DNA of 25,902 bases, taken from contig JBDKRC010000123.1 in NCBI GenBank assembly GCA_039683575.1, positions 1 through 25,902 of the forward strand. The letters are read 5' to 3'. Shown in pieces: positions 17,063 to 25,404 of the stretch. The notes under the pieces are model-generated. The model did not search any database. It had not been told where the DNA came from and was given only the letters and a program-made list of their open reading frames with translations. Source of the stretch: Armatimonadia bacterium. GTDB lineage: Bacteria > Armatimonadota > Zipacnadia > Zipacnadales > UBA11051. Every line of letters begins with the position of its first letter. Within the stretch, counting starts at the first letter, position 1. A program made the translations under genes and the position numbers.

Positions 17063-17785
17063 CTATTGCGCCATCCCCTTAGCCGCCTCCGTGTAGATGT
17101 CCTCAGCGCCCAATACAGCCCCAAAGACCTTCACCTCATCCATCAACCCGTCGAAAGCGTATGCGTTCTTCCGTCCGATGTAGTTGCCGATAGTCATGGT
17201 GCGCTTGGCAGCCATGATGGGGACCGTGAGGTCCTGTTCGGCCGCGAGTTCACAGTCAAGGTACAGGGTGAGCCTGTGCCCATCGTAGGTGAGGGCCACA
17301 TGACTCCAAAAGCCCGCCGGAACAGACCATTCTGGAGAAGAGACTGTCGGCTCGGTCGAATCGGCAGCCCCGAACTGGAACATCGCCCTGCTCCAGAAGT
17401 AGCGTAGACGCCATCCGGGCCAGGGGCCGTCGCCGCTCTTGTCACCCTTGTCGCTGATGATCTCATACGTGGCGCCACCGGCGGCCGGCTTTATCCAGGC
17501 CATTACCGTCATCGCCGCCGGGGCCCGGAGCTGCTCGGCCTGCTTGACCTCCAGGTACTGCTGCGACGCGCCTGTGAACCGCAGGCAGTTGCCTATGACC
17601 CCCGGAACGACTTCCGGCAACTTCCCGTCAAGGCCACTGGCCACCGCCTCATGTCCATTCCCCGAAGCATCCGCGACAACCCCGTTAGCGATAGTCTCCA
17701 TAGGCCAGTAGGCCAGTGGCTCCACCGCACAGGCTGCGCCACACCACAGCACACACAGGACAATCAGCACCCGGTTACTTCGCAT
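17063..17785 (-). CDS. Secreted LamG-like jellyroll (concanavalin A-like lectin) domain protein
   Basis: Signal peptide MRSNRVLIVLCVLWCGAACA; AYWPM, DASGNG, TVMAWIKP, WSHVALTYDG, FDGLMDEVKVF. Start at 17785 overlaps the upstream gene's 3' end. Confidence 0.85.
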   Translation of the reverse strand: MRSNRVLIVLCVLWCGAACAVEPLAYWPMETIANGVVADASGNGHEAVASGLDGKLPEVVPGVIGNCLRFTGASQQYLEVKQAEQLRAPAAMTVMAWIKPAAGGATYEIISDKGDKSGDGPWPGWRLRYFWSRAMFQFGAADSTEPTVSSPEWSVPAGFWSHVALTYDGHRLTLYLDCELAAEQDLTVPIMAAKRTMTIGNYIGRKNAYAFDGLMDEVKVFGAVLGAEDIYTEAAKGMAQ

Positions 17786-20684
17786 ACACCTCGACCTCCT
17801 GCAGAGCGCTCTGGGTCTTGTCGGGCTGCAACGCTGTGACAGAGATGCGGATGGTGCTCGTTTTGACGGGGTCGAAGGTGCCGCTGAGCGGCTGGCCGGA
17901 CAGCTTGCCAACGGTCTTCCACTGATCCGCTCCCGCAGGCACCTGCACTTCGGCTTCGAGAATGGTCGTCGTGTAGGCAACCACGCGCCCAACAGTCTGT
18001 TCGGCCGGCCAGATCACCTGGAGCCACTCACCGAGCTTCTTGGGGGTCTTTGACAGCCAGCCCATGCCGCGGGTGATACCGTCGAGGACGCGGTCGGGCT
18101 CGTTGCCATATTGCGAGCCACTGGATACCACCACGCGTGTGCCGTTGTCCTCGAAGGCCAGGTTGCCGGGCTTGGCCCGGGCAGCATTGTCCTTATCAAT
18201 GGCAGCCTGGGTCGCTGAGACCTGCTCACGGCCCGCGAGAGACTCCCGAGTGGTATACACGTGTGAAGCGTAGATGCCGAACTGGTCGGTGAAGCTGCCG
18301 TTGGCGAGGCTGACCTTGCGCCCTTCGGAGACTACGGAGAGGCTCGCCGGAGCGCCCTTCACTGTGAAAGTCGCTTCCTGGGGCTCTGTGGCGGTGTTAA
18401 CGGCGAAGAGGGTCAGTTCATTGCCAACCTTGCGCAAGCTGACATGCATGTGTTCCGGCTTGGCGGCCTTGACCGTCACGGCCTGCGGCACGTTATTGGC
18501 CAATACAGCATCCTTGAGGTCTGCTATCTCACGCGCCACGAAGGGCATGCCCAGATACAGGTCGGGGTAGTTGCGGTATTGGCTGTAGGTGTACCAGAGG
18601 AAGCCTTTGCCACCGTAGACCACTGCCTGGTAGGTCTGGTTGCGCAGTTCGGTCAGATTCGGGCCACGGTTGCCGGCTTTGCCATAGTCGCCGTAGTTGA
18701 AGCCCTGCGGCGTCACCCACGCCGGTTTGCGGCCATTGGTGGCGTCCTTGATGGCCAGCATGAACTGGCTGGTCTTCTCAATGGGGGAGGCGGCGAGGCC
18801 ACCCTTGAGAAAGCAGGGGTACGGATCAGGCATGAGGACGTCCCCACCACGTTCGTAGCGGTAGATGCCTGCGACGGTATCGTTGAGCATGATGCAGGGG
18901 TGATACGGGTCGGCCTCACGCACCGTCTCGTAGATCTCCTGCGAGCGTTGCGGCAACACCGGTACCAGCTCCGGCTCGTCGGCCATGTACCATGCCAGGA
19001 GCGCCGGATGGTCCTTGAGGGCGTTGACGCGGTTGCGAAGCGCTTCCCGCTCCTGATCGTTGAGCGGACGCTTGGCATCATCGCCGCGGTTCATGAAGGC
19101 CGGGCTGTAGGGGCTGAAGGTCACGTAGGCCCCCTTGGCGGCAATCGGGTTCATCCACTCGCGAACCACATCGTCTTTGAAGTACTCCCGGCTATACGTC
19201 TGCAGGATGGTGTAGCCTTCCCTGGCGTCCCAGTCCTCGATGTCCTGGCTGAACCAGCCGAAGGGGAGAAAGGGGGTGCCGTTGTGGAGAAGGACGTTGC
19301 TCTCGTCAAAGCGCCACTCCTGGCCGTTGGGGGGCGGTGGCAGCTTGCGGAGGAGCTTTTGCGCACTGTGGACCACCTGGCCGCTCTTGTCCACGAGGCT
19401 GACCAGGAGCTTGTAGTCACCGATGACCAGCTTGTCGGCAGGCAGGCTCAGCTTGACCTGCGGCGCAGCGGCCACCGGTGTCGCCTGCGCGATGGGCCGG
19501 GGCTCGCCCTCGGACTTAGCGGGCAGAAGAACAGCGTGAAGCTGCTTGCCAGCCAGTGATTGGGGCGACAGAGCCGAGGTGACGGTGAACTCTATATTGT
19601 CCAGCTTCTGGGTCGCATAGATACAGTCGCGGTAGCCGGGGCGAGTGATGTCTATCGCGAGGGGTGTGTAGCTGAGGGAGAGCGGAACCTGTTTGACGTA
19701 GAGGATGTCATCGGGGTTGCTGCGGTCGCTGATGACGAAGCGAAGCGCCACGTTGCCATCTTTGCGCACCGGCACGCTGAAGCTGATTTCCCGGGCCTGG
19801 CCGCCATCAAAGCCCTGAGTAGTGGCTTTGCCGGAGGTGTGGCCGCCATCAGGGTAGTAAAGCTCCGGCTTGATCCTGATGAACCGGAACTTGCCTGTGT
19901 CATTCGTCAGGTGGGTCTTGCCCAGATATGAGAGTTGCTCACCCTCCATCTGGAAGCTGGCCTCGTAGGGCGGGCGCATGGTCCACATGTAGCGGGTGAG
20001 GTCCGCGCCGGGGAGCTTGAGGGTGGCGTAGAGGTTGGGCTGGTGGAAGCCGCCGCGTCCTTCGGTGAAGCTGGAAAGCTCCTGCGTGCCCGCCTGCCGC
20101 TCACGAGCCACGTTGAGGGCCCAATCGCCCTTGGAGGCGCCTGTCAGGCCCAGTTCGACGAAAGGTATCGCGACCTCGACAGTCCAGGACTGCGGCCCCT
20201 TCACGATCTTGGCCTGCCAGTTGGCGTCCCATTCGGAGGTCCGCACGTTTCCGCCCTGCCGCAGCTCGGCGTCATACTGGGTTCCGAGAGCGTTTACGCA
20301 AAAGTGGTAGTAATCGAGCCGGGCACTGTTGGGCACCACCATGAGCTCGATCACGTCATCGCTATGGACCCGGCCGTCACGCTTGGTCTCCCGGGCCACC
20401 AGCTTGTCCATCTGGGGCTCGAGCAACTCGACTGCGAAATACAGGTTCTGCTGGTCAAAGGCGACCTTGAAGCGGGTCTGGGCGGTCGCTGGCTTCAGGC
20501 CCTCGCCGAGGAGGGTGAAGTTGTTGTACCATTCGCCCTGCTGCCAGACAGCGTCGTCGAGCTTGCCGTCCAGCACCGGGGCCGCGGCGGCTTTGAGGGC
20601 GGTCACGGTCGGTGGAGCAGCAACGGCAAGGGCCACTGTCAGGAGGAACAGTGTGGAGAGGATAAGCGTCTTGATGGGGCGCAT
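17775..20684 (-). CDS. Large secreted carbohydrate-active protein: CBM9-like domain, glycoside-hydrolase-like TIM barrel, C-terminal discoidin-like domain
   Basis: Signal peptide; PVLDGKLDDAVW...WTVEVAIPF (CBM9-like); NGTPFLPFG, DHPALLAWYMADEP, DVLMPDPYP, VYGGKGFLWY (GH-like barrel); NLAF...EWLQVIW...EVEVY (F5/8-like). Start moved to 20684 behind AGGTGA. Confidence 0.7.
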   Translation of the reverse strand: MRPIKTLILSTLFLLTVALAVAAPPTVTALKAAAAPVLDGKLDDAVWQQGEWYNNFTLLGEGLKPATAQTRFKVAFDQQNLYFAVELLEPQMDKLVARETKRDGRVHSDDVIELMVVPNSARLDYYHFCVNALGTQYDAELRQGGNVRTSEWDANWQAKIVKGPQSWTVEVAIPFVELGLTGASKGDWALNVARERQAGTQELSSFTEGRGGFHQPNLYATLKLPGADLTRYMWTMRPPYEASFQMEGEQLSYLGKTHLTNDTGKFRFIRIKPELYYPDGGHTSGKATTQGFDGGQAREISFSVPVRKDGNVALRFVISDRSNPDDILYVKQVPLSLSYTPLAIDITRPGYRDCIYATQKLDNIEFTVTSALSPQSLAGKQLHAVLLPAKSEGEPRPIAQATPVAAAPQVKLSLPADKLVIGDYKLLVSLVDKSGQVVHSAQKLLRKLPPPPNGQEWRFDESNVLLHNGTPFLPFGWFSQDIEDWDAREGYTILQTYSREYFKDDVVREWMNPIAAKGAYVTFSPYSPAFMNRGDDAKRPLNDQEREALRNRVNALKDHPALLAWYMADEPELVPVLPQRSQEIYETVREADPYHPCIMLNDTVAGIYRYERGGDVLMPDPYPCFLKGGLAASPIEKTSQFMLAIKDATNGRKPAWVTPQGFNYGDYGKAGNRGPNLTELRNQTYQAVVYGGKGFLWYTYSQYRNYPDLYLGMPFVAREIADLKDAVLANNVPQAVTVKAAKPEHMHVSLRKVGNELTLFAVNTATEPQEATFTVKGAPASLSVVSEGRKVSLANGSFTDQFGIYASHVYTTRESLAGREQVSATQAAIDKDNAARAKPGNLAFEDNGTRVVVSSGSQYGNEPDRVLDGITRGMGWLSKTPKKLGEWLQVIWPAEQTVGRVVAYTTTILEAEVQVPAGADQWKTVGKLSGQPLSGTFDPVKTSTIRISVTALQPDKTQSALQEVEVYAK

Positions 20685-20827
20685 GAGGTCACCTACCAGG
20701 GGAATCATAGTATGTTCAGCTCTGCCGGACGGGAGTAGGTTGAACGGCGCCATGCCGCTCTCCTTCTCCGCAGCTCGCAGTAACTGTCAACTTGCGTTCC
20801 CCTGGCAGGTTTGGTCGTTAGAAGCTA

Positions 20828-22249
20828 TCAGAAGCGCAGGTCACGCTCGCCTTGCTTGATGCGCGTCAGGAACTCCTTGGCCTTCGCGCGGGTCTTGTCG
20901 CTGGGTATGGCCTCTAGTTCGCGGGTAATAGCCTGCTCTCCCAGCTTGCGCAGGGGCTCGTCAGCATAGTCTTCGAGGTATTCCTGGAAGGTCAGGATTG
21001 CGTTCGCCTGGCAGACGTTGCCGATCTGCCCTGCTTTGGCCAGTTTCATGAACCGGTCACCCGTGCGCCCCTCGCGGTAGCACGCGGTGCAGTAGCTGGG
21101 GATGTAGCCTTCCTGAATGAGGCCGGTTAGTACCTCCGTCGGCGCGCGATGGTCTTCGGGCTCAAACTGCGGCGCTACGTCCTCGAAGCCCAGTTTGCCG
21201 GCGTGTGCATACCCACCGACGCCGGTGCAGGACCCTGCACTGACCTGGGAGATGCCGACGGCGACGACTTCTTCGCGGAAGCCCTGGGGCTCACGGGTAG
21301 AGAGGATCATGCCGGTGTAGGGAACCGCCAGACGCAACACGGCGACGAGCTTCTTGAAGTCGGCATCGGCCACAATGTGGGGGAATCCAGAGGAGTCGAT
21401 CCCTTCCGCGCTGCGAATCCGAGGCACCGAGAGGGTATGGGGGCCGACGCCCCTGGCCGCCTCCAGATGCTCGGCGTGCATCAGCATCCCGATGGTGTCG
21501 TACTGCCAGTCATACAGGCCATACAGCACGCCCAGACCCACATCATCGATGCCCCCCTCCATGGCGCGGTCATGGGCTTCGGTGTGCCAGGCGTAGTTGT
21601 GCTTGGGACCGGAGGGGTGAACCTGTTCGTATGTCGGCTTGTGGTAGGTTTCCTGGAAGAGGATGTAGGTGCCGATGCCCGCGTCTTTCAGCCGCCGATA
21701 GTCTTCCACCGTCGTGGCGGCGATGTTTATGTTTACCCGGCGGATAGCCCCGTTGTCGAGCTTGAGCGAGTACACAGTCTCGATGCATTCGATGATGTAG
21801 TCGAGGGGACAGTTGACAGGGTCCTCCCCCGCCTCCAGAGCCAGGCGTTTGTGGCCCATTCGCTCCAGTACCTGAACCTCTTCGAGCACTTCCTCCTGAC
21901 TGAGGCGCCGCCGGCTGGAGCAGTTGTCATGGTTGTAGGCGCAATAGGTGCAGCGGTTGACGCAGTGGTCGGACAGATAAAGCGGGGCGAAGAGCACAAT
22001 CCGGCGTCCGTAGATATGCTCTTTCACCTTGCGGGCGAGAGCATAGACAGCTTCCAGCGTCTCGGGATCATCCACGTTCAGCAGCACGGCGGCTTCACGA
22101 TGGGTCAAACCCGCGAAAGTGGCGGCCTTGTCCAGGATGGCCTGCACGCGCGCGGGATCGCTCGCTTCGCGCTTGCCCTGGGCCAGTGTGGCCTCTACCT
22201 CCTCATGATCGATGAAATCCACGGCCTTCGACGACTTCGGGTCATACAT
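20828..22249 (-). CDS. hydG: [FeFe]-hydrogenase H-cluster radical SAM maturase HydG
   Basis: FAPLYLSDHCVNRCTYC (CxxxCxxC), GHKRLALEAGE, GAIRRVNINIA, LFQETYH, and C-terminal YCTACYREGRTGDRFM...IGNVC (CxxC-x22-C auxiliary cluster, which distinguishes HydG from ThiH). Start moved to ATG 22249. Confidence 0.93.
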   Translation of the reverse strand: MYDPKSSKAVDFIDHEEVEATLAQGKREASDPARVQAILDKAATFAGLTHREAAVLLNVDDPETLEAVYALARKVKEHIYGRRIVLFAPLYLSDHCVNRCTYCAYNHDNCSSRRRLSQEEVLEEVQVLERMGHKRLALEAGEDPVNCPLDYIIECIETVYSLKLDNGAIRRVNINIAATTVEDYRRLKDAGIGTYILFQETYHKPTYEQVHPSGPKHNYAWHTEAHDRAMEGGIDDVGLGVLYGLYDWQYDTIGMLMHAEHLEAARGVGPHTLSVPRIRSAEGIDSSGFPHIVADADFKKLVAVLRLAVPYTGMILSTREPQGFREEVVAVGISQVSAGSCTGVGGYAHAGKLGFEDVAPQFEPEDHRAPTEVLTGLIQEGYIPSYCTACYREGRTGDRFMKLAKAGQIGNVCQANAILTFQEYLEDYADEPLRKLGEQAITRELEAIPSDKTRAKAKEFLTRIKQGERDLRF

Positions 22250-22308
22250 AATGATGGTTCCTTCCTGCCTCAAGCATGCCATAGTGCACACACGCGCGTG
22301 CGCGCTGA

Positions 22309-22554
22309 CTATTCCCTGGTGAGTGCCGTCTTGACGGCGACGTGGCGAACGCGGCCCAGACGCCCTGTGAGTGCGCTAATCTCATCAGTCGCGCCATCCA
22401 CGATGATCGAGATGACTGACACCCCGCGCTCGCGATACGGGATACCCATACGGCCAATGATGAAAGGAGCGTATTCGTGGAGGACCGCATTCACTTCTTC
22501 GGCCGCAGAAAGGTCCTCCACGACGATTCCAACCACTCCGAGGCGTTTGTTCAT
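22309..22554 (-). CDS. TM1266-family iron-only hydrogenase system putative regulator
   Basis: MNKRLGVVGIVVED...VNAVLHEY...IIGRMGIPYRERGVSVISIIVDG...ISALTGRLG; adjacent to hydG. RBS GAGGAG. Confidence 0.9.
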   Translation of the reverse strand: MNKRLGVVGIVVEDLSAAEEVNAVLHEYAPFIIGRMGIPYRERGVSVISIIVDGATDEISALTGRLGRVRHVAVKTALTRE

Positions 22555-22592
22555 TGCTGTCTCCTCGCCTCCGACGGGTACCAACCGGATGC

Positions 22593-22627
22593 AAAAACAC
22601 CCTCTCGCGAGCATGCAAGAGGGTGTT
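22593..22627 (-). terminator. Intrinsic terminator inside the TM1266-hydG 5' leader
   Basis: RNA AACACCCUCUUGC-AUGCUC-GCGAGAGGGUGUU-UUU: 13-bp stem with one G-U, ending in a U5 tract about 38 nt upstream of the ATG. Confidence 0.8.
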
Positions 22628-22737
22628 ATCCCTTATCTGTCATATGCCCGCGCCTGGCGCGCCTTCCCGCTTGGGTGTTAAGCCTCACGGTCAGGTCTGA
22701 ATTCGCACCGACAGGAGAATCAATCCTCCTGTCCGTT
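22593..22737 (-). ncRNA. Candidate cis-regulatory RNA (riboswitch/attenuator), class unassigned
   Basis: Lies between a promoter and a leader terminator, and contains three hairpins (22710-22733, 22662-22695, 22649-22661). Confidence 0.55.
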
Positions 22738-22743
22738 GTCGTA

Positions 22744-22772
22744 AGTGTAACTCCTCAAAACCTGGCCGTCAA
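22744..22772 (-). promoter_or_regulatory. Sigma70-type promoter for TM1266-hydG
   Basis: Minus strand TTGACG (22772-22767), 17 nt spacer, TACACT (22749-22744). Confidence 0.7.
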
Positions 22773-22902
22773 CCGGGTAATGGGGATCAACAGTCGCGGC
22801 TGGCGGGGAGGATGACCGGCGCGGACGAAGAAGCTGACAGACTAATCTGACCATACAGCGGCCGCAAGCGGCGCTGGCGTTCCCGCATCAAGGAGATCAA
22901 CC

Positions 22903-23727
22903 ATGTTTCTGAACCACTGCCACATCTTCCCCCACGGGGCCTTCCCGGATCAGCCTGAGTTGGGGACGCTGCCAGAACTGGACCGGTTCATGAATGAGAC
23001 GGGGATCGAGAAGACACTGGCCATCGCTCCCTTCTGGGGACCGAAGAGTGCAGAACTCCTAGGGGGCGAGGAGATAAATGGATGGCTTTACAGGAACCTG
23101 CAGGAGTACCCCCGCATTCAGGGGCTGGTGACAGTGTCGCCGAAGGACCCGCGGGCCTGTGAGCTCGTTGAGGAGTACGTCAGCAAGGGCTTCGTGGGCA
23201 TCAAGACCCACCCACCCGTCATGGGCTTCCGAATTGACGAGCCTGCCTGCGATGACATGTACGCCCTGGCGGCGGAATTGGGCGTGTTCGTGCTCTTCCA
23301 CACCGGAGTACATGGTGGGCGTCTGGAGGACTACCAGCCGCTACTCGTTGACAATATCATGCAGCGCCACCCGCGCCTCAAGGTCATCATCGAACACATG
23401 GGGGTCTCGGATGGCATCGGGCGGGGCTTCTTCGACCAGGCGCTGGCAGTGGTCTACAACCATGGCTCCGACTGGCGCAACGGCGGGGTCTACGCGGGGA
23501 TAACGGGCATTGCCAAGCCACAGCACCGCCAGCTTGTGGCCGATACGGTCCGAGAGGCGGGGGCAGGCCGGACGATCTTTGGGCTGGATTGGCCTCACAT
23601 GCGCGGGCACACGGCCGCTATCGCACGCTTTGAGGCGGAAATGGCAGTAATGAGGTCGCTCGGCCTGTCTGAGGAGCAAGAGCAGATGATCTTCGGGGGA
23701 ACGTTAACCGCGGCGACCGAAGGCTGA
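22903..23727 (+). CDS. Amidohydrolase-family (Amidohydro_2-like) TIM-barrel metallohydrolase
   Basis: NHCHIF (HxH), GFVGIKTHP, FHTG, IIEHMG, IFGLDWP. RBS AAGGAG. Confidence 0.87.
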   Translation: MFLNHCHIFPHGAFPDQPELGTLPELDRFMNETGIEKTLAIAPFWGPKSAELLGGEEINGWLYRNLQEYPRIQGLVTVSPKDPRACELVEEYVSKGFVGIKTHPPVMGFRIDEPACDDMYALAAELGVFVLFHTGVHGGRLEDYQPLLVDNIMQRHPRLKVIIEHMGVSDGIGRGFFDQALAVVYNHGSDWRNGGVYAGITGIAKPQHRQLVADTVREAGAGRTIFGLDWPHMRGHTAAIARFEAEMAVMRSLGLSEEQEQMIFGGTLTAATEG

Positions 23728-23754
23728 AAAGTCTGAGCCAGTGCCGACAAGCTA

Positions 23755-23797
23755 AGACCCGCGGAGCCGGTAACGGCGCTCCGCGGGTCTGTTGTTT
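23755..23797. terminator. Hairpin/terminator between the convergent amidohydrolase and ABC permease genes
   Basis: 13-bp perfect stem AGACCCGCGGAGC...GCTCCGCGGGTCT (23755-23790), followed on + by GTTGTTT. Confidence 0.65.
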
Positions 23798-23814
23798 CTG
23801 CTGTTACCCAGGTT

Positions 23815-24573
23815 TCAGTCGCGCACCAGGCCCCAGCGTCTGGCCAGTAGATTCTCCAAGGGGCCAAACACAAGGCGGTTCACCGCCAGTCCGATGATCA
23901 GAATGACGATCATGGCCGCCAGCACTTGCGCCATGTCCCCGAGGTCACGGCCTAGTGTCAGAACGCGCCCCAGGCCCTTCTCCGAATATAGCAGCTCACC
24001 CGCCATCAGCGAGCGCCATGCGAAAGACCAGCCAAGCTTGAGGCCGGTCACAATCGTCGGCAGGGCAGCCGGAAGAACAACCCGGAATTGCAGTGCCAGC
24101 CCTCTGGCACCCAAGTTGCGGCCAGCCTCGATGAGCTGCGGGGAGACGTTGCGGATACCGCCGTCTACGGCGGTGATGATGCTGAAAGTCGCCCCCATGA
24201 CCACCACGAAGATGATGGCCTTCTCATTCAGGCCAAACCACAGCAAGGCCAACGGCAGCCAGCAGATGCTGGGGAGGGTCTGCAGGCCCACCGCGGCACC
24301 ACCCAGCGTGTCCCTGAGGAGGTCGAACCGGGCCATGGCGAAACCTGCGCAGAGGCCAATGAGCACTGCCAGGCCGTAGCCGATGACCATCCGTACCAAA
24401 CTGGCCAGGACCGCCACTGGCAGGCTGAGGTTGCGGACGCCATCCACCAACGACTGCGCCACACTCTTGGGGCCGGGCAGGAGCAGAGGCGACCACAAGT
24501 GCAGGCTAACGACGATCTGCCAGATCGTCAGCACCAGTAGGATGAATCCGACTTTCCTGGTAAGACCAACCAC
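23815..24573 (-). CDS. ABC transporter permease, NitT/TauT (SsuC/TauC-like) family
   Basis: LLPGPKSV, SLVRMVIGY, LQTLPSICWLPL, EAA loop IEAGRNLGA, WRSLMAGEL. GTG start 24573 lies 7 nt after AGAGGAG (alternative TTG 24579). Confidence 0.92.
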   Translation of the reverse strand: MVGLTRKVGFILLVLTIWQIVVSLHLWSPLLLPGPKSVAQSLVDGVRNLSLPVAVLASLVRMVIGYGLAVLIGLCAGFAMARFDLLRDTLGGAAVGLQTLPSICWLPLALLWFGLNEKAIIFVVVMGATFSIITAVDGGIRNVSPQLIEAGRNLGARGLALQFRVVLPAALPTIVTGLKLGWSFAWRSLMAGELLYSEKGLGRVLTLGRDLGDMAQVLAAMIVILIIGLAVNRLVFGPLENLLARRWGLVRD

Positions 24574-25333
24574 TGTCAAACTCCTCTTGCTCGACCCTCT
24601 GAATCTCTTCCCTCAGGTGATCAAGCACCACGTGCGCAATCTGCGCCAGATTGCCATCGCTCACTTCCCGGGGCCGGGGCAGGTTGACCTTGATGATGCT
24701 CTTGATGCGCCCGGGCCGCGCTGTCATCAGCACCACTCGGTCAGCCAGGCAGACCGCCTCGCGGACATTGTGTGTCACGAAGATGATGGTCTTTCCCGTC
24801 TCGGACCAAATGCGCTGCAACTCCTGGTGCATGATGTCGCGGCTCTGGGCGTCGAGTGCGGCAAAGGGCTCATCCATCAGCAGCACCGGCGGGTCCACCG
24901 CCAGCGCCCGGGCGATAGCCGCCCGCTGCCTCATGCCTCCGGATAGCTCGTGCGGCTGGGCGTCTGCAAACTGCCGCAGCCGCACCCGGGTCAACTGGTC
25001 TGAGGCGATGGCACGCCGCTGTGCAGGCGGGACCCCGCGCACCTTCAATCCGAACTCCACGTTGCCCTGAACGGTGAGCCACGGGAAGAGCGCGGCCTCC
25101 TGGAAGATGAGCACCGGCGGCCCCTGGTCGGCCTGGTCGAGGACAATCTCCCCGCAGTCCGGTTGCTGCAGCCCCGCTATCAGGTGTAGAAGGGTGGACT
25201 TGCCACAACCCGAGGGTCCGACGACGACAATGAACTCGCCCTCCTCGACCTCCAGGTTCATGTCCTCGAGGGCCGTCACTTCCCGTTGGCCACCGCTATA
25301 TCGTCGGCATACGCCGGTGATTCTAATCTTCAT
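24506..25333 (-). CDS. ABC transporter ATP-binding protein, NitT/TauT (SsuB/TauB-like) family
   Basis: Walker A GPSGCGKST, FQEAALFPWLTV, LSGGMRQR, LLMDEPFAALD, FVTH, RPGRI. Confidence 0.95.
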   Translation of the reverse strand: MKIRITGVCRRYSGGQREVTALEDMNLEVEEGEFIVVVGPSGCGKSTLLHLIAGLQQPDCGEIVLDQADQGPPVLIFQEAALFPWLTVQGNVEFGLKVRGVPPAQRRAIASDQLTRVRLRQFADAQPHELSGGMRQRAAIARALAVDPPVLLMDEPFAALDAQSRDIMHQELQRIWSETGKTIIFVTHNVREAVCLADRVVLMTARPGRIKSIIKVNLPRPREVSDGNLAQIAHVVLDHLREEIQRVEQEEFDSGWSYQESRIHPTGADDLADRR

Positions 25334-25404
25334 GTGACATCACAATTCACTATGACTTCTGCAGACAGCTAGTGTTTCGCCACAGATCAGGGCAGTGCCG
25401 GCCC

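Noticed and set aside
20785-20790. Perfect TTGACA on the minus strand upstream of the GH-like gene
   Set aside because: No plausible -10 hexamer at 16-18 nt spacing.
20828-22249. ThiH (2-iminoacetate synthase) call
   Set aside because: It has the C-terminal CxxC-x22-C extension and a TM1266 neighbour typical of HydG, and no thiG/thiS nearby.
21149-22681. 510-aa plus-strand ORF
   Set aside because: Antisense to hydG and TM1266. Long shadow ORFs are expected from GC-rich codon bias.
22593-22737. Calling the leader a canonical TPP, SAM-I, cobalamin or T-box element
   Set aside because: It lacks UGAGA (TPP), the 5' AUC and P2 kink-turn (SAM-I), the ACUG/GCCACUG elements in the right order (cobalamin), and UGGNACC with stem I (T-box).
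25333-25344. TGTGA-CA-TCACA as a CRP site
   Set aside because: The spacer is 2 nt rather than 6, so it may be a chance palindrome at the start codon.
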